Positions 13,345 to 26,025 of a stretch of DNA of 64,000 nt are shown one piece after another; the first letter of the stretch is position 1, and each line of letters starts with the position of its first letter. This DNA is from Raja brachyura. Its lineage: Eukaryota. The stretch covers positions 62,001 through 126,000 of the forward strand of contig CAUPSL010000078.1 of NCBI GenBank assembly GCA_963514005.1. Reading direction: 5' to 3'. The position numbers were made by a program, and so were the translations under genes. The notes beneath the pieces are model-generated. The model had not been told where the DNA came from. It was given only the letters and a program-made list of their open reading frames with translations, and ran no database searches.

Positions 13345-13880
13345 ACTTTTCAGGCGAGACAGAGGTTTACTTGCACCTCTTTAAAATGTATCTACTGCAT
13401 TCACTGCTCACACTGTGGTCTTCTCTACATTGGAGAAACTAGCTTAGACGTCAACCATTTTGTAGAGCACCTACCCTTTGAAGTAAAGAGAATCCTGAGA
13501 TGTTGTATGGTATTTTAACACCTCTTCCCACTCTCACACTGACCCATTTATCATTAATCTTGGACACTGAAAGTTTTAAGTAAAGTATTTGATAATCCAC
13601 CTGGGTACCTTACAAGCCAATGGTATGAATATAAAGTTTACAAATTTCAGCTTATCCATACCACTGGTGTTCATTTGTTCTCCCACAACCACCCCTACAC
13701 TAACTTTGCTCCATCTGCCCATCATCCCCTTCCCAGCTGATTCCACCTGCCACTTACCAGCCTGTGCCCCATTCCCCCTTCAAACTGTTAGAATCTGGCC
13801 ATCCTCTCCTTCAAATCTAATGCAGGGCCTTGACTTGAAATGTTGGTATATGTCACTTGCCTCCACAGATGCTGTTTGAC
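13345..13880 (+). mobile_element. Old Penelope-like element 3' fragment (degenerate GIY-YIG endonuclease)
   Basis: tttcaggcgagacagaggtttacttgcacc..tctacattggagaaact.. matches the FQVRQRFTCT..LYIGET signature of the better-preserved copies at 24.9, 53.5 and 60 kb. Confidence 0.7.
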
Positions 13881-14001
13881 CAAGTACTTCCACTGGCCTT
13901 TCTTTAGTCTAAAATTCTTGTTGGAAATAACCACAAACTCTATCCATAATTGAAACCATTTAGGGGTAGGGTAATCAAGAACCAGCAAAAACAGGTGTAA
14001 G

Positions 14002-14640
14002 CAGTGTTCAATGCTCATTTTGTAGGTGTCGGAGCTGTCAAACCGAGGCGTAATTTCAGATTTTGCTTGGGGGGGGGGGCAAGCTAGTCTCCCTAGAGGG
14101 TCAAACAAGATTATAGCCCATCAAACAAGATTATAGCCCATCACTACATCCCAGTGTATAGATAGTACATTCAAACATATAATACTTAATTTAATAATGA
14201 CGAAATATTGCACAGTTGCACTCACTGATTATCATGAAGTATAATTAAGAAACAAGTAAAGAAAAATATGGTTATCATGTATTTCTACAGAGGTGCTGGC
14301 AAGACACCGACTTGCCCTGACTATCCCGCAGCTCTGGGGCTTCACACACTCACACACACTCACCCTCACTCACCTACACACCCACCCACCAGAGTTCCAG
14401 GGTCATCACCAGGCCCACAACCACAAACAATGCACACATCACATGGTCTGACTCTGCTGCGTCCTAATGCTCCCCCTCCAACAGGGAACCTCAGTAGTGA
14501 TGGTTCTTCCCCTTACCCCTCTTTTAATCAGGTTACCCCAACCACATAAAGGCTAGTTAAAATTCCACGCTGTTTATTTTTTTCATTAACAGTGGTGCCG
14601 GATCGGTGCTCCAGTGAGCTCCGGCAGCACTGAACCCCTG
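14002..14640. mobile_element. Non-autonomous hAT-like DNA transposon nested in a CR1 3' fragment
   Basis: Imperfect TIRs CAGTGTTCAATGCT / (rc) CAGGGGTTCAGTGCT. 8-bp TSD ggtgtaag (13994-14001) / ggtttaag (14641-14648). The flanks rejoin to a continuous CR1 3' sequence. Confidence 0.7.
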
Positions 14641-16829
14641 GGTTTAAGGTGAGGAGGAAGATTTAGTGGGAACCTGAGAGGCAACCTTTTCTACTGAGAG
14701 GTTACTGGGTGTTTGGAATGAGCTGCCAGAGAAGGTAGAACAACAACATTGAAAAGACACTTGGACAGGTACATGGATAGAACATGTTGAGAGGAAAGTG
14801 GGTCAAACGCTGGCAAATGTGACTAACCTAAATGTAGCATTTGTTCAGCTTTGAGCATTAGGTGGAAGTACCTGCTTCCGTGCTATATGGCTCTATGACT
14901 CTTTGTTAGATTAACATAAACGTGGCAAATTGATAATAATGGAAAATATGTGCTCACGCACACTGGTAAGAGCAATTAAAAGGAAGCTATTATCTAAATG
15001 GAGGGAGATTGCAAATTAGTGGAGTACAAGAGATTCAAGTGTTTAAAGTGCAAAAAAAAACAGCATGTAGGTGCAGCACACAACACAGAAGGTGATTAGC
15101 ATATTGGCATTCAAATGTAGGTTACTATTGTAATTATGGTACATGATGTTGCTCAGGACATATCAGGAGCACTGTGCACAGCTTGGTCCTCAGATTTAAG
15201 AAAGGGATATATTAATATTGGATATCACCCAGAAGAGATTTCTGGAATAAGCAAGTGTTGCCTAACCATGAATGGCTGAAATCACTGGTCTGTGTCCCTT
15301 GGAGATGACAAGAAACAGAGTGAACCGTATGAATGTATTAAGGAGGCATGATGGGGTGGTGAATTGGTGGATAATGCCTGGGTATATTCTAAAAGAACAG
15401 GGAATTGTGTGGAATAAACACAGTGAAGGAGTTGAGGCCTCAGTCATATCAGCTATTATCAACATAAATTGCTAGATAGCTCTAATTTGTACAAATCCAC
15501 GGCAGTCTATTGAGAATTTCTGTCATGTTTGATGAACTTAATTTAACTATTTCCATTTATTTCAGTTCCTGTATTTTAATCACATCCATGAAATCTTCTA
15601 CTCAGCGATTGGTTAGCAATGCGCGTTCAGCTTTGGTTGAATATTTTGATAATCTGAGGATGGAAATTAAATATTAGACAACTAAGAAATGGCAGGGAAT
15701 AGAACTCAGAAAATGCAACTTGTTTATTCGCTTTAACTGTTGATTCATCGCATGTAACATCTACCTTCCAGATATAATGGCACAGCGCCAGACACCCGGG
15801 TTTGATCCTGACAGGGTGATGTCTGTACGGAATTTGTACCTTATCCATGTGACTGCATAGGTTTTCTCCGGGTGCTCCAGTTTCCTCCCACATTTCAAAG
15901 ACAGACGTGCAGGTGTGTTTGCTAATTGACTTGTGTCCCTAGATTATGTGGGTGATTGTTGGTTGGTGTGGACTCAGTGGGCCGAAGTGTCTGTTTCAAT
16001 GCTCTCTCTCTAAACTAAAGAAAAAACTCAATACTCCTTCAAACAGTTTTGTTCACACAATTTCTATGTTATCGAACTTTCGCTTCCACACTAGGGTCAA
16101 ATTACACAGACCAATTAACCCATAAACCCTGGCATCATTAGTATGTATGTGGAGACTGGAGTACAGTGGAAACCCATGCGGTCATAGGGAAAACATGCGA
16201 ACTTCACGCAGCCGACAACCGAGGTTAGGATTGAACTGATGCCTCTGACGCTCTGAGGCAGCAGCTCTATCAGCTGCGACATTCTGCCTCAGGTTGCGTC
16301 ATGTTCAGCACAAACATTCTTGGACAAAGGACCTGTTCCTCTATTAGAGGGGTATTCCCATGCACAGTAAAATTCAGCGAACTCAGCACCATTGGGTCAC
16401 TGGAAGTATTCCCTGCCTGACTATCAGATCCCATTGAAATGCCTCCAGATCAGTCGGACAGACACCAGTTAGGCAGCATCTGCCTGCAAATGATTAATGT
16501 CCCTCCAACCCCTGCATCTCCATGCACACACGAAGGTGCACCCCAGACGCCACCATCCCTGGCAGTGCTTTCCAGGCACACACCACATAGTGTGTAATAA
16601 AAACCTGCCCTTTTAAAAAAAACTGCAGCTTGTACCCTGCGCTGAATATAATGCAATAAGTTAAATGCCATAGTAGGCATTTGGTTAATTCGGATAATTT
16701 TAGTCAATTGGGAAGTGTGATTGCAAATCTTGTACAATATCATAAACAAGTAAAATGTGACAAAGTCAAAATGGCCAGGCACAAATAACGGAATAATCGT
16801 GAACATAATAACATGTCATGGTACTGAAT

Positions 16830-17360
16830 AAAACAGTTGGGATGTTCTGATAAAGTTGTACAAGATGTTGGTGGGGCCACATATGGAGTATTGTGTTAAG
16901 TTGTTGTCACCCCACTATCGGAAGGATGTCATTAACAGGGCCTGAGATTCAGGGAGAGGATGGGCACGCTTGGACTTTATTCTTTGGCACGCAAGAGGCT
17001 GAGGGGTGATCTTATGGAGGTTTATAAAATGAAGGAGCATAGATAGATTGAATGCACAGAATGTTTTAACCAGCCTTGTGTAATCAAGAACCAGAGGACT
17101 CAGGTTTAAGGTGAGAAGGAAACGAGTTACTCGGAACCAGAGGAAGTGGAAATATGGAACAACATTCCAGGGGAAGGAGTTGAGGCAGATATTAAAAAAG
17201 CATTTAGAACACACTTGGACAGGTACATACTGTAGATAGGAAAGGTTCAGTGAGATATGGGTCAATTGTAGGAACAGCGGTCTAGTTTAAACATGGCATC
17301 TTGGTTGGCAAGGCCAAGTTGAGGCAAATGACCTGTTTCCATGCCGAATGACTCTATGGC
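16830..17360 (+). mobile_element. CR1-type LINE 3' fragment
   Basis: gttgtacaagatgttggtggggccacatatggagtattgtg..aggctgaggggtgatctt..aatcaagaaccagaggac: CR1 ORF2 end and 3' UTR. Confidence 0.75.
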
Positions 17361-17546
17361 TCAGTGGGTTTGAAAAGCCAATTCCTTTCTGTTTCATTGC
17401 TAAATGTTAGTTAATCACCCTCACGTATAGTGACCACAATGGGAAAGCCATGACCACGACTCGTTGACAGTGATAATAAGCTAACCATTGCCTCAATTCA
17501 AATGTGCATGTTGTTGATGTTCAATGACTAAATTGTTGCTGCAATT

Positions 17547-17638
17547 TTAGTTTTTGCGAGAGGTTAAGGTGAGAAATGGCTTGGTTCTGATCTGGGTGCT
17601 GGAACTGCTAGACATCTTGATACCATGAAAGTAGAACC
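17547..17638 (-). CDS. Candidate terminal cytoplasmic exon of the MHC class I gene ((G)FYFHGIKMSSSSSTQIRTKPFLTLTSRKN*)
   Basis: Acceptor tttcctgaaaccag|GG is phase-1 compatible with the TM exon, in non-repetitive sequence, giving a Tyr plus Ser-run tail. An 18-nt phase-1 micro-exon (17855-17872) could precede it. No transcript evidence. Confidence 0.4.
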
Positions 17639-19305
17639 CTGGTTTCAGGAAATATACTTGCTGCTAGGTGTCTCAGACCAGCAATGCCAGGGAACATTAT
17701 ATTTTGAAGAGTAAATATGAAACAAACAAGGCCAAGTGCTCGAGAAAGCAGCACGTCTGTTATTTCAATGAAAACTCTGCTCTTCATCCATCTTGTCATT
17801 TTGATCACCCAGTTTTGTTTATAATATTGAATAACATTTGCAATCAATTCTCACAGTTTATGACATTTACAGCTGGCGTGAAGATGCATCAGTCAATACC
17901 TTCTGTCTTCCAATTTAGTTTATTTAATAGAAAGATAGAAACATAAAAAATGGGTGCAGTAATAGACTATTCGGCCCTTCGAACCAGCACCGCCATTCAA
18001 TAAAATCATGGCTAATCATCCAAAGTCAGTACTCCGTTCTGGCTTTTCCCCCATATCCCTTGATTCCCTTAGCCCTAAAAGCTAAATCTAACTATCTTGA
18101 AAACTGTGATGCAGTGTGTAAACAGGCCCTTTGTGCCAGAAAATCCATACTCACCAGCAATCGCCTATTCATAATAGATTTCCCATCCACTCCCTACACT
18201 ATCAGAGTGATTTACAGAGGATGATTACATGCAAACCCCGCTCATCTTTGGGATGTGGGAGGAAACCAGAGCTCCCTGAGGAAGCCCAGTTCGTCACTAG
18301 GAGAACGTGCAAACTCCACATAGACAGTACCCGAGGTCCAGATTGAACCTGGGTCTCTGGCGTTGTGAGGCAGCAGTTCTACCAGCTGAACTACCATGCT
18401 GCCTTACGTACAAACTCTAAATCCTACATTGACTTTCCCTTCCACTTGTTATATTCAACACAATAACTCCTATACACAGGAGGAAAGTGAACTGCAATTC
18501 GTCGCCAGAATATCTCTTACAACAGTGTGATCACAGGCAAGAAACGAGTGATATAGATGACTGAATTTACACTAAAACCTTGATCATCCAGCTCTCTTGG
18601 GATTTGGGAAATGGTAGATTTTAAGGACTGCTGCATGTTACTCCAAACATACTTTAATTCAACTAATTGTGGCACTTGTTGAGCAAGTCAGTGGTTGAGG
18701 TGCATCTACACACTACGGTCAGACTTAACTGGAGGAATACCCACTGTAATTTGCCAGAAGAGTCTCGAACTAGAATACCACCTATCCATGGTCTCCAGGG
18801 ATGTTGCCTGACCTGCTGAGTTACTCAGAGTTACTGCCCCTCGCAGTCTTTCCCAATCTTATAATTCAAAAATAGTCAGCATCTTTCTCCACCACAAAGA
18901 GGCATGGAAATACACCAACATGGCCTTTGTCCCATTGAGTTGGCACCAACCATTCATGTACACTAATCCTACATTTGTCCCATATTCTCATCAGCTCTCC
19001 ACAAATTGTATCATGCACAATCTAGGGGACAACTAACCAACCAAACCATGTTTTGGGGATGTGGGAAGAAACCAGAGCACCTGGGGAAACCCACATGGTC
19101 ACAGGAACAACATGCAAAGTCTACAGATGTAACAGCCGATGTCGGTATTTAATTCAGGTCCCTGACTCCGTGCTGCCCTGTTTCACATTGTAATTTACCT
19201 GTCATGTTGTTCCTCATTCAATCGGCTTTCCACCTTGAACCATTTTTCCCACCACTACTCACATTCCCACAATGTTGAGTCTTCCTGTAACCGTGGCCAC
19301 GGAGG

Positions 19306-19597
19306 CGGCCACTGTGCGCAGCGGTAGAGTTGCTGCATTACAGCGCTTGCAGCACCGGAGACCCAGGTTCAATCCTGACTACATATGCTGTCTGTACAGA
19401 GTTTGTACGTTCCCCCCCGTGACCGCGTGGGTTTACTCCGAGATCTAAGGTTTCCTCCCACATTCCAAAGACGTACAGGTATGTAGGTTAATTGGCTTGG
19501 TGCGTGTGTGTAGGATAGTGTTAATGTGCGGGGATTGCTGGTCAGCGCAGACTCGGTGGGCCGAAGAGCCTGTTTCTCTAAATTAAACTAAACAAAA
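19306..19597 (+). mobile_element. tRNA-derived SINE (HE1/V-SINE-like), near full length
   Basis: A-box gcgcagcggtag, B-box ggttcaatcc, conserved central tgtctgtacagagtttgtacgttc, and a (taaac)n tail. About 20 further copies occur across the window. Confidence 0.85.
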
Positions 19598-20220
19598 CCA
19601 GTAAATGTTAAACTGCAACCAATCTGCCTCGTAGCTGACTTGTATTATGAGCAGTGTGAGCCCCCAACAGAGCACCACAGTGTCACAACTAGTAGAGCTG
19701 ATGCCTCACAGCAACACAGACCCGCGTTCAATTTTCACCTTGAGTGCCATCTATGCGGAGTTTGCACGTTCTGGGTGTAACCGCATTGGATCCCTCCAGG
19801 GGCTCCGGTTTCCTCACACATCCTAAGATGTGTCAGTTTTTAGTTTAATTGGCCACTGTAAATTACCCCTAGTGGGTGGTTGACTGGATGAGATGGTGCA
19901 ATGAGATAGAATTCATGAGAGCAGGTGGTTGGCATGGACTCAGTGGGCCAAAAGGACTGCTTGCATGCTGTACTTTTCAATGATATCTCTAGAATTTGGT
20001 GCAATTAATTCATAATGTCTACCTATTTATTTTACTCTGAATTCACAATTTTCAAATATCTGATTAACAGAAACATTTAACAACAGCACAAAGGCTAGTT
20101 GACATTGGCGACTGTCGGGGCATTTCAGGTGTAGCTGCTGCCTTATTCTACTTGAGATCAATCATTTATTCAAGCCCAATACCTTTATTAGCAACAGTGC
20201 ATCACACATTCCCATCTTAC

Positions 20221-20328
20221 CTCTCCTCTTTTTCCTCCACCAAACAAATACTGCCAAGACAATAGCCAGCAATATCAGCACACACACGGCAATAAGGCCT
20301 ATGTGCCCGTCTTTCTTGCTATTTCCTT
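20221..20328 (-). CDS. MHC class I heavy chain exon 5: connecting peptide, TM and basic stop-transfer
   Basis: ttttcag|AA..AGA G|GTAAGA. 108 nt, phase 1-1. EGNSKKDGHIGLIAVCVLILLAIVLAVFVWWRKKRR. Confidence 0.88.
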
Positions 20329-21639
20329 CTGAAAAATAAGAATGCATAATTTTACAAATCAATTGTTAAGCTGTGCAGCTAAATAGATTGGCACTGTCTG
20401 AGGACTTCAGGATGAAGAAGGGTCTCGACCCGAAATGCCACCTATTCCTTTTCTCCAGAGATACTGCCTGACCAGCTGAGTTATTCCAGCAATTTGTGTC
20501 CATCTTCAGTGTAAACCAGCATTTGCAGTTGATCCTTACACATGGACAGGGGACGTTTCGTTTTGGGACCCTTCTTCAAACTTTGTTTGAGAAATTGATT
20601 AGAAGTCTTTGAAAATGCAACAGGAACCCGTAGACAATGTATATTCGAGCAGCAGTAGTTTGCAGGTGTGCAAAGCCTAAAATTCTAAACCAAATGATGG
20701 AAACCCAGAATAGGTAACAACATTGGAATTAGAAACAAAAGAAATACAATATATTGTAGAGATCCAAACGTTGTGAACAAACCAATGTTTTTAAAGAAAT
20801 ACAGTTTTTGCACACATGTGCGTTTTTTAACAACGAGCAAAGTTCCTGCCGTTGCAAACAGGCGCACCAGTTCACCGGCGATGAACTCATCACCAACTCA
20901 CATGAAAATCCTGTCACGTGATAGACCCAGCTCCCCTGACGAGGGTTCTAGCAATAAGTGGCCCGACCACCAGATGTCGCCAGAATATCTGGATTTTCAT
21001 AAGATATCTGATCAATTGATGCAAAGGCACATGGCTTATGACATTGGGGGTAATAATTAGCATGAATGGAAAAACAATTAAGAGCAAGCAGAGAGTTGTC
21101 TTAAAGGAGTGTTCAGGTTGGGAAACGGCATCTGCAAGTTGGGAATCAATGCAAGAAAGTGAACTACTTATCGTTGGCATTAAGAGCAGATGAAGGGACT
21201 GATGGTGCTGTAGCCTAGGTTGCTGATGATACATAGATCGTTTGGAAATTAAGTTTTGGAGTATGTCAACAGTCTTCAGAGTGAAAAATCAGATTGCTTA
21301 ATTGTGCATTGTTCGAGGAATCTTCAAAAGTGAGCATTTGTGTAGGTTAGTGCAGCATGCATTGAATCAATCTGGTATGATCACCGTTTGTCAGGCTGTT
21401 ATATTGTTCGTTGCAGAAGCTGTAACTTGCGTCACGGAACTTACTTCATTAGGTTTAGGTTTATTAATGCCAGATGTTTCAAGACACAGTGAAAAGGTGT
21501 TGTTTGTATGCTATCCAAACAAATTAGATAAGACTATACATAAATACAAATACAAAATAATAGATAGAGCAAAGAGGAGGATACAGAGTACAGAATATAG
21601 TTCTCAACATTGTAACGCATCCGTCCCATAGACAATGTT

Positions 21640-22160
21640 CAATGTGCAATGAGGTTGAGGTGAATCGGGCATTAAACCTACATTATGGAAGGACCCTTCC
21701 GAAGCCTGATAACAGATGGAAAGGGGGTGTTCCCGAGCCTGGCAGTGCATATTTTCAACTTCCTGCACCAATTGTGTGATGGGAGCAGGATGGAGGAATG
21801 ACCAGGGTGGACCAAGGCAACCTGGTGTAGATTGACTCAATAGTGGGAAGTCTGGCCTGTGTGACGATCTTTAACTCTTTGTATATTCTTGGGCAGTGCA
21901 GTTCCCAAATCAAGATGTGATGAAACCCAACAACATGCTTTCTCTAGCGGCTTCTATAGATGTTTGCTAGAGTCGCCAGAGACATTATGAATGTTCTCAG
22001 ACTCCTGAGGAAGTAGAGGTGTCGGTGTGCCTCCTTGGCTATGTGGTCAGGCCATGAATGAATATTGTATATATTCATGCCAAGGAACATGAAGCTCTCA
22101 ATCATTTCCACTTCGGACCATTGATTCGGATTGGGGCATGTACTCCCCCAGTGCCTTGCT
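21640..22160 (-). mobile_element. Rex1/Babar-like LINE 3' fragment
   Basis: Reverse strand reads K(E)AHRHLYFLRSL, the degenerate KKAQQRLYFLRRL RT end. A similar copy lies at 58730-59200. Confidence 0.55.
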
Positions 22161-22468
22161 GTTTATCACATCATGAGGAAAGATTCATTTTTTATTTAAA
22201 CATGCATTTCTGGGATTTCAGTTCCACCACTGAGAATCCCAAATACTCCTTCCTTGTATATTGGTCATTTATTTACTTTTGATACATTTTCTGTTGACAA
22301 AGTCTTCTGCTCATGTGGAGACTGGGCACTGATTACGTGATTACTTAGAGCAACACCACTGAACAAAGAAAGTTTACGCATCTTGGAATATGGGATGTAG
22401 TCACAATGATTAAAATGGAAACAACAGACGATAATGATGATCTATGAAAGAATATTTAACGTTCTTAC

Positions 22469-22735
22469 CCCAGATGATGGTCTTCCCACCGGGCAGGCTG
22501 CTGTGATCGACATGACAGGAATACTGTTTCCCATCATACGGATCATACTCAAGGACAGACTTTAGATGATATGTTCCATCGTTATTGGGTATGACCCCAG
22601 AAGATTTGGTCTCAGAGACATGTTGACCATTCTGCAACCAGCTGACATTGATGGCCGGTGGGTAAAATCCAAACACAGTGCAGTACAGGACTGAATGATC
22701 ATCAGGGTGGGCAGCGAGAGTGACCTCAGGGGAAA
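22469..22735 (-). CDS. MHC class I heavy chain exon 4: alpha3 Ig C1-set domain
   Basis: ctggtag|TT..TGG G|GTAAGA. 267 nt, phase 1-1. VSPEVTL..LYCTVFGFYPPAINVSW..PNNDGTYHLKSVL..YSCHVDHSSL. Confidence 0.95.
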
Positions 22736-22889
22736 CTACCAGACAGTAAGTTGGTTATTTTCAACTTCAGTAAAACTTGCACAGTCACCCACCACAAAAT
22801 ATTCTTCAGTCTACTACAACAACCAAGTTACTGTCAACATCTGCCCCATTTTACCTCTTTCGTCACCATCAACCAACCACGTGGTTTAA

Positions 22890-23365
22890 AAGAGGTGTAC
22901 AAGAATGAACCCAGGAATTAATGGGTTAACATATGATGAGCATTTGATGGCAGAGAACCTGTACTCGCTGGAATTTAGAAAAATAAGGGGGAACCTCAGT
23001 GAATAATATCAAACAGTGAATGGGTTGGATAGAGTGGATCTGGAGAGAATGTCTCCACTGGTAGGAGAGTCTACGACTAGAGGTCATTGTCTCAATATTA
23101 AAGGACATTCCTTTAGGAAAGAGATGAGGAGGAATTTATTTTGTCAGAGGGTGGTGATTCTGTTGAATTATTTGCCACAGAAGGCTTTGGAATCCGTCAA
23201 TGGATATTTTTAAGGCATAGATGGATTCTTGATTATTATGCATGTTAGGGGTTATGGGGAGAAGGCAGGAGAATGGGGTTAGGAGGGAGAGATAGATCAG
23301 CCATGATTGAATGGTGGAGTAGACTTGATGGGCCGAATGTTCTAATGCTGCACCCATCACTTATC
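22890..23365 (+). mobile_element. CR1-type LINE 3' end in MHC intron 3
   Basis: GLDRVDLERMSPLVGESTTRGHCLNIKGHSFRKEMRRNLFCQRVV followed by the CR1 3' UTR. Confidence 0.8.
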
Positions 23366-23687
23366 ACCTTATGCATCAGTTGGCTTCCTCCATGTGCTCC
23401 AGTTTTGTCCCATCTACGAAGGACGTGCCAGTGAGTTAGTTGGACATTGCAAATTATCTGTAGTGGAGCTGAATGAACGGAGAATCCGAGGGAACTCAGT
23501 GCAAGTTGTGAGAGTGAGCTGTTGAACAGTTCGTCGACATTGCATTGAAAACTAGCATAGACTCAATGGGCCGAATTACCTTTCCCTCTGTCATGATTGG
23601 GTCAGAGATAATATTACTCATTGCCTCAGAGTGAAATATTACTCATCGCCCACCATCACAAAACAACATCCTTTGTTCTGAACTCAC

Positions 23688-23963
23688 CTTCTCTGGTCAG
23701 GTATGTCTTTCCAATTGCATAGTATGTATGCCATAGATCCACACAGTCATTTTCTAACAAGCTCTTGAAATAACGGTTCATTTTTTCATTCTTGTCCCAT
23801 TTCTCTTTGAAGGGCTCAGCTACTGGATCATGCACTGTCCACTTTAGTGTGTTCTTATCAAAACTAAATGCATATCTTCCATCGTAAGCCAACTTCAATA
23901 TCCCTACATTGGGACTGTGATCATTCACCTCACAACCAAACTGTCCTTGAATATAGTGATAAT
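23688..23963 (-). CDS. MHC class I heavy chain exon 3: alpha2 domain
   Basis: ctttcag|AT..GAA G|GTGAGT. 276 nt, phase 1-1. NYHYIQGQFGCEV..LAYDGRYAFSFDK..FKEKWD..LLENDCVDLWHTYYAIGKTYLTRE, with the C101-C164 pair. Confidence 0.95.
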
Positions 23964-24103
23964 CTGAAAGAAAGACAAAATCATTATTTTATTAATTGTT
24001 ATGACACCGGAGTTCAAGTCATTTATATATGTCACAAGTAGCAAGGGTCACAGGACAGACCCCTGCATAACTCTACTTGTCACTGAACTACACCCTGAAT
24101 ATT

Positions 24104-24555
24104 TGGCCTTCCGTGCAACTGTAGAGACCATATTATTGTACGGGTGTGAGGCATGGACTCTCACTCCAGCACTGTCCAAGTCTCCGATGGTACCTACACC
24201 CGAATGCTCAGAATAGTTCAAAACCACATCACCAATGCCCAGCTCCATGGGGAGACTCCACCTCTGACCGAGAAGATCACGTTGAGAAGGATGAGGCTCA
24301 CAGGTCACTGCCACCGCCACCCAGAAATGCCAGCAAACAAAGTTGTGCTGTGGGAACCAACCCATGGAAGACTTGACCCGGGACGACCAATCAAGACGAT
24401 GCTGAAGATGTTTATGGAAGACCCATCTGTAGAGATAAAAAAGGAGCTTGCCAGCTGCATGGAGGGCAGAGATGTGTGTTGCATCCGTCATCGTGCCCGT
24501 CAGAAACCAGCATGGCACTAATGTTATCAACGATTAGTATTATTATTATTATCAT
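24104..24555 (+). mobile_element. RTE-like non-LTR retrotransposon 3' end with (ATT)n tail
   Basis: FRATVETILLYGCEAWTLT / DGTYTRMLR..RRMRLTGHCHRHPE..VLWEPTHGR..GRP, then attattattatt. Confidence 0.75.
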
Positions 24556-24677
24556 CCACTACACCCCTCTGTCCTGGGGATTTATTCACATTTCTCTTCA
24601 AGTGACCCAACATCTCCTTCTTGCTTAACTTCAAAGTGCCCCTGCATGTTAGCCTTCTCCACATTGATTTTCCATGT

Positions 24678-25462
24678 GTAAGAAGGAACTGCAGATGTTA
24701 AAATTGAAGGTAGACACTAAATGCTGGAGTAACTCAGCAGGTGAGGCAGCTTCTCTGGAGAGAAGGAATGGGCATCGTTTTGGGTCGAGACCCTTCTTCA
24801 GACTGATGTCAGGGGAGGGACAAAAATAGAATGTAGGCGGAGACAGTAAGACTGGTGGGAGAATTGCAAAGGGGGAGGGGATGGAGAGATAAATCGAGGG
24901 CTATCGAAAGTTATATAAGTCAATGTTCATAACGCTGGAGTGTAGACTGCCCAAGCGAAATACGAGGTGCTGTCCCTCCAATTTGTGCTGGGCCTCACTC
25001 TGACAATCGAGGAGGCCCAGGACAGAAAGGTCAGATTGGGAATGGGAGGGGGAATTGAAGTGTTGAGCCACCAGGAGATCAGGTAGGATAAGGCGGACTG
25101 AGCGGAGGTGTTCAGCAAAACGTTCGCCGAGCCTGCGCTTGGTCTCGCTGATGTAGAGAAGTTGACAACTGAAACAGCAGATACAGTAGATGAGGTTGGG
25201 GGAGGAGCAAGTGAACCTCTGCCTCACCTGGAAGGACTTTGGGTTCATGGATGTAGTTGAGGGGGGAGGTAAAGGAACGGGTGTTGCATTTCCTGCGGAT
25301 GCAGGAGAAAGTATCTGGGGAGGGGGTGGTTTGGGTACGAAGGGACGAGTTGACCAGGGAGTTTCGGAGGGAATGATCTCTGGGGAAAGCAGAAAGTGGT
25401 GGAGATGGGAAGATGTGGCTAGTAGTCGGATCCTGTTGCAGGTGGCGAAAATGTTGGAGGCT
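24678..25462 (-). mobile_element. Penelope-like element 3' part: GIY-YIG endonuclease plus terminal repeat
   Basis: FQVRQRFTCSSPNLIYCICC..LYISETKRRLGERFAEH..VAQHFNSPSHS..RLGSL, followed by the tctgaagaagggtctcgaccc terminal repeat. Confidence 0.88.
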
Positions 25463-25699
25463 GTACTTACTATTAAAGTCCTTACTTTTCATCATGTCTT
25501 TCTTGGTGAAACCAAATGCAACTACTATTTGTTTCGTACCTCGCCTCCGTCCACAAACACCAAGCACATATTCGCTGCTACATGTTTAAGCAATCCCACC
25601 TTCTCCCTCGTGTTTTGGTGCAATGGCTGCCTCGCCAAAACTCTGCCTGTCCCTTCCTTCTTTGTGTCGGTTTTGTATGTATTGAATGTATGTTCTTTA

Positions 25700-26025
25700 T
25701 GGGCCTGTCCCACTTGGTGATTTTTTTAGGCAACTGCCGGCAACTGTCATAGTTATAGCAGGTCGACGAAAAACCAGTGACAATCTACGTCATCCTGGCG
25801 ACAACCTACGACAGCACCTATGTCAGGAGAAGTTAAGCTCTGCTCAATGGAGTCAAACCCATTGTCGCTGTAAAATTTTCAACATGTTCAAAATTTAGCG
25901 GTGAGCAGAAAGACACTACAACGTTTTCCGTGACTGAGACTACCCCCGGCGACCACCGGTGAGCATGTGGCAATAAACTAGTCACCTGCAGTTGCCTGAA
26001 AAATCGCCTAAGTGGGACAGGCCCA
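25700..26025. mobile_element. PIF/Harbinger-type MITE
   Basis: Perfect 16-bp TIR TGGGCCTGTCCCACTT / AAGTGGGACAGGCCCA. TTA TSD at 25697-25699 and 26026-26028. Confidence 0.85.

Noticed and set aside
14268-14549. 93-aa Pro/Thr/His-rich ORF with an acceptor-like start
   Set aside because: Lies inside the hAT-like insert, is low complexity and has no recognisable domain.
19306-19380. tRNA-like A/B boxes here and in similar repeats
   Set aside because: These are SINE heads; no cloverleaf or acceptor stem.
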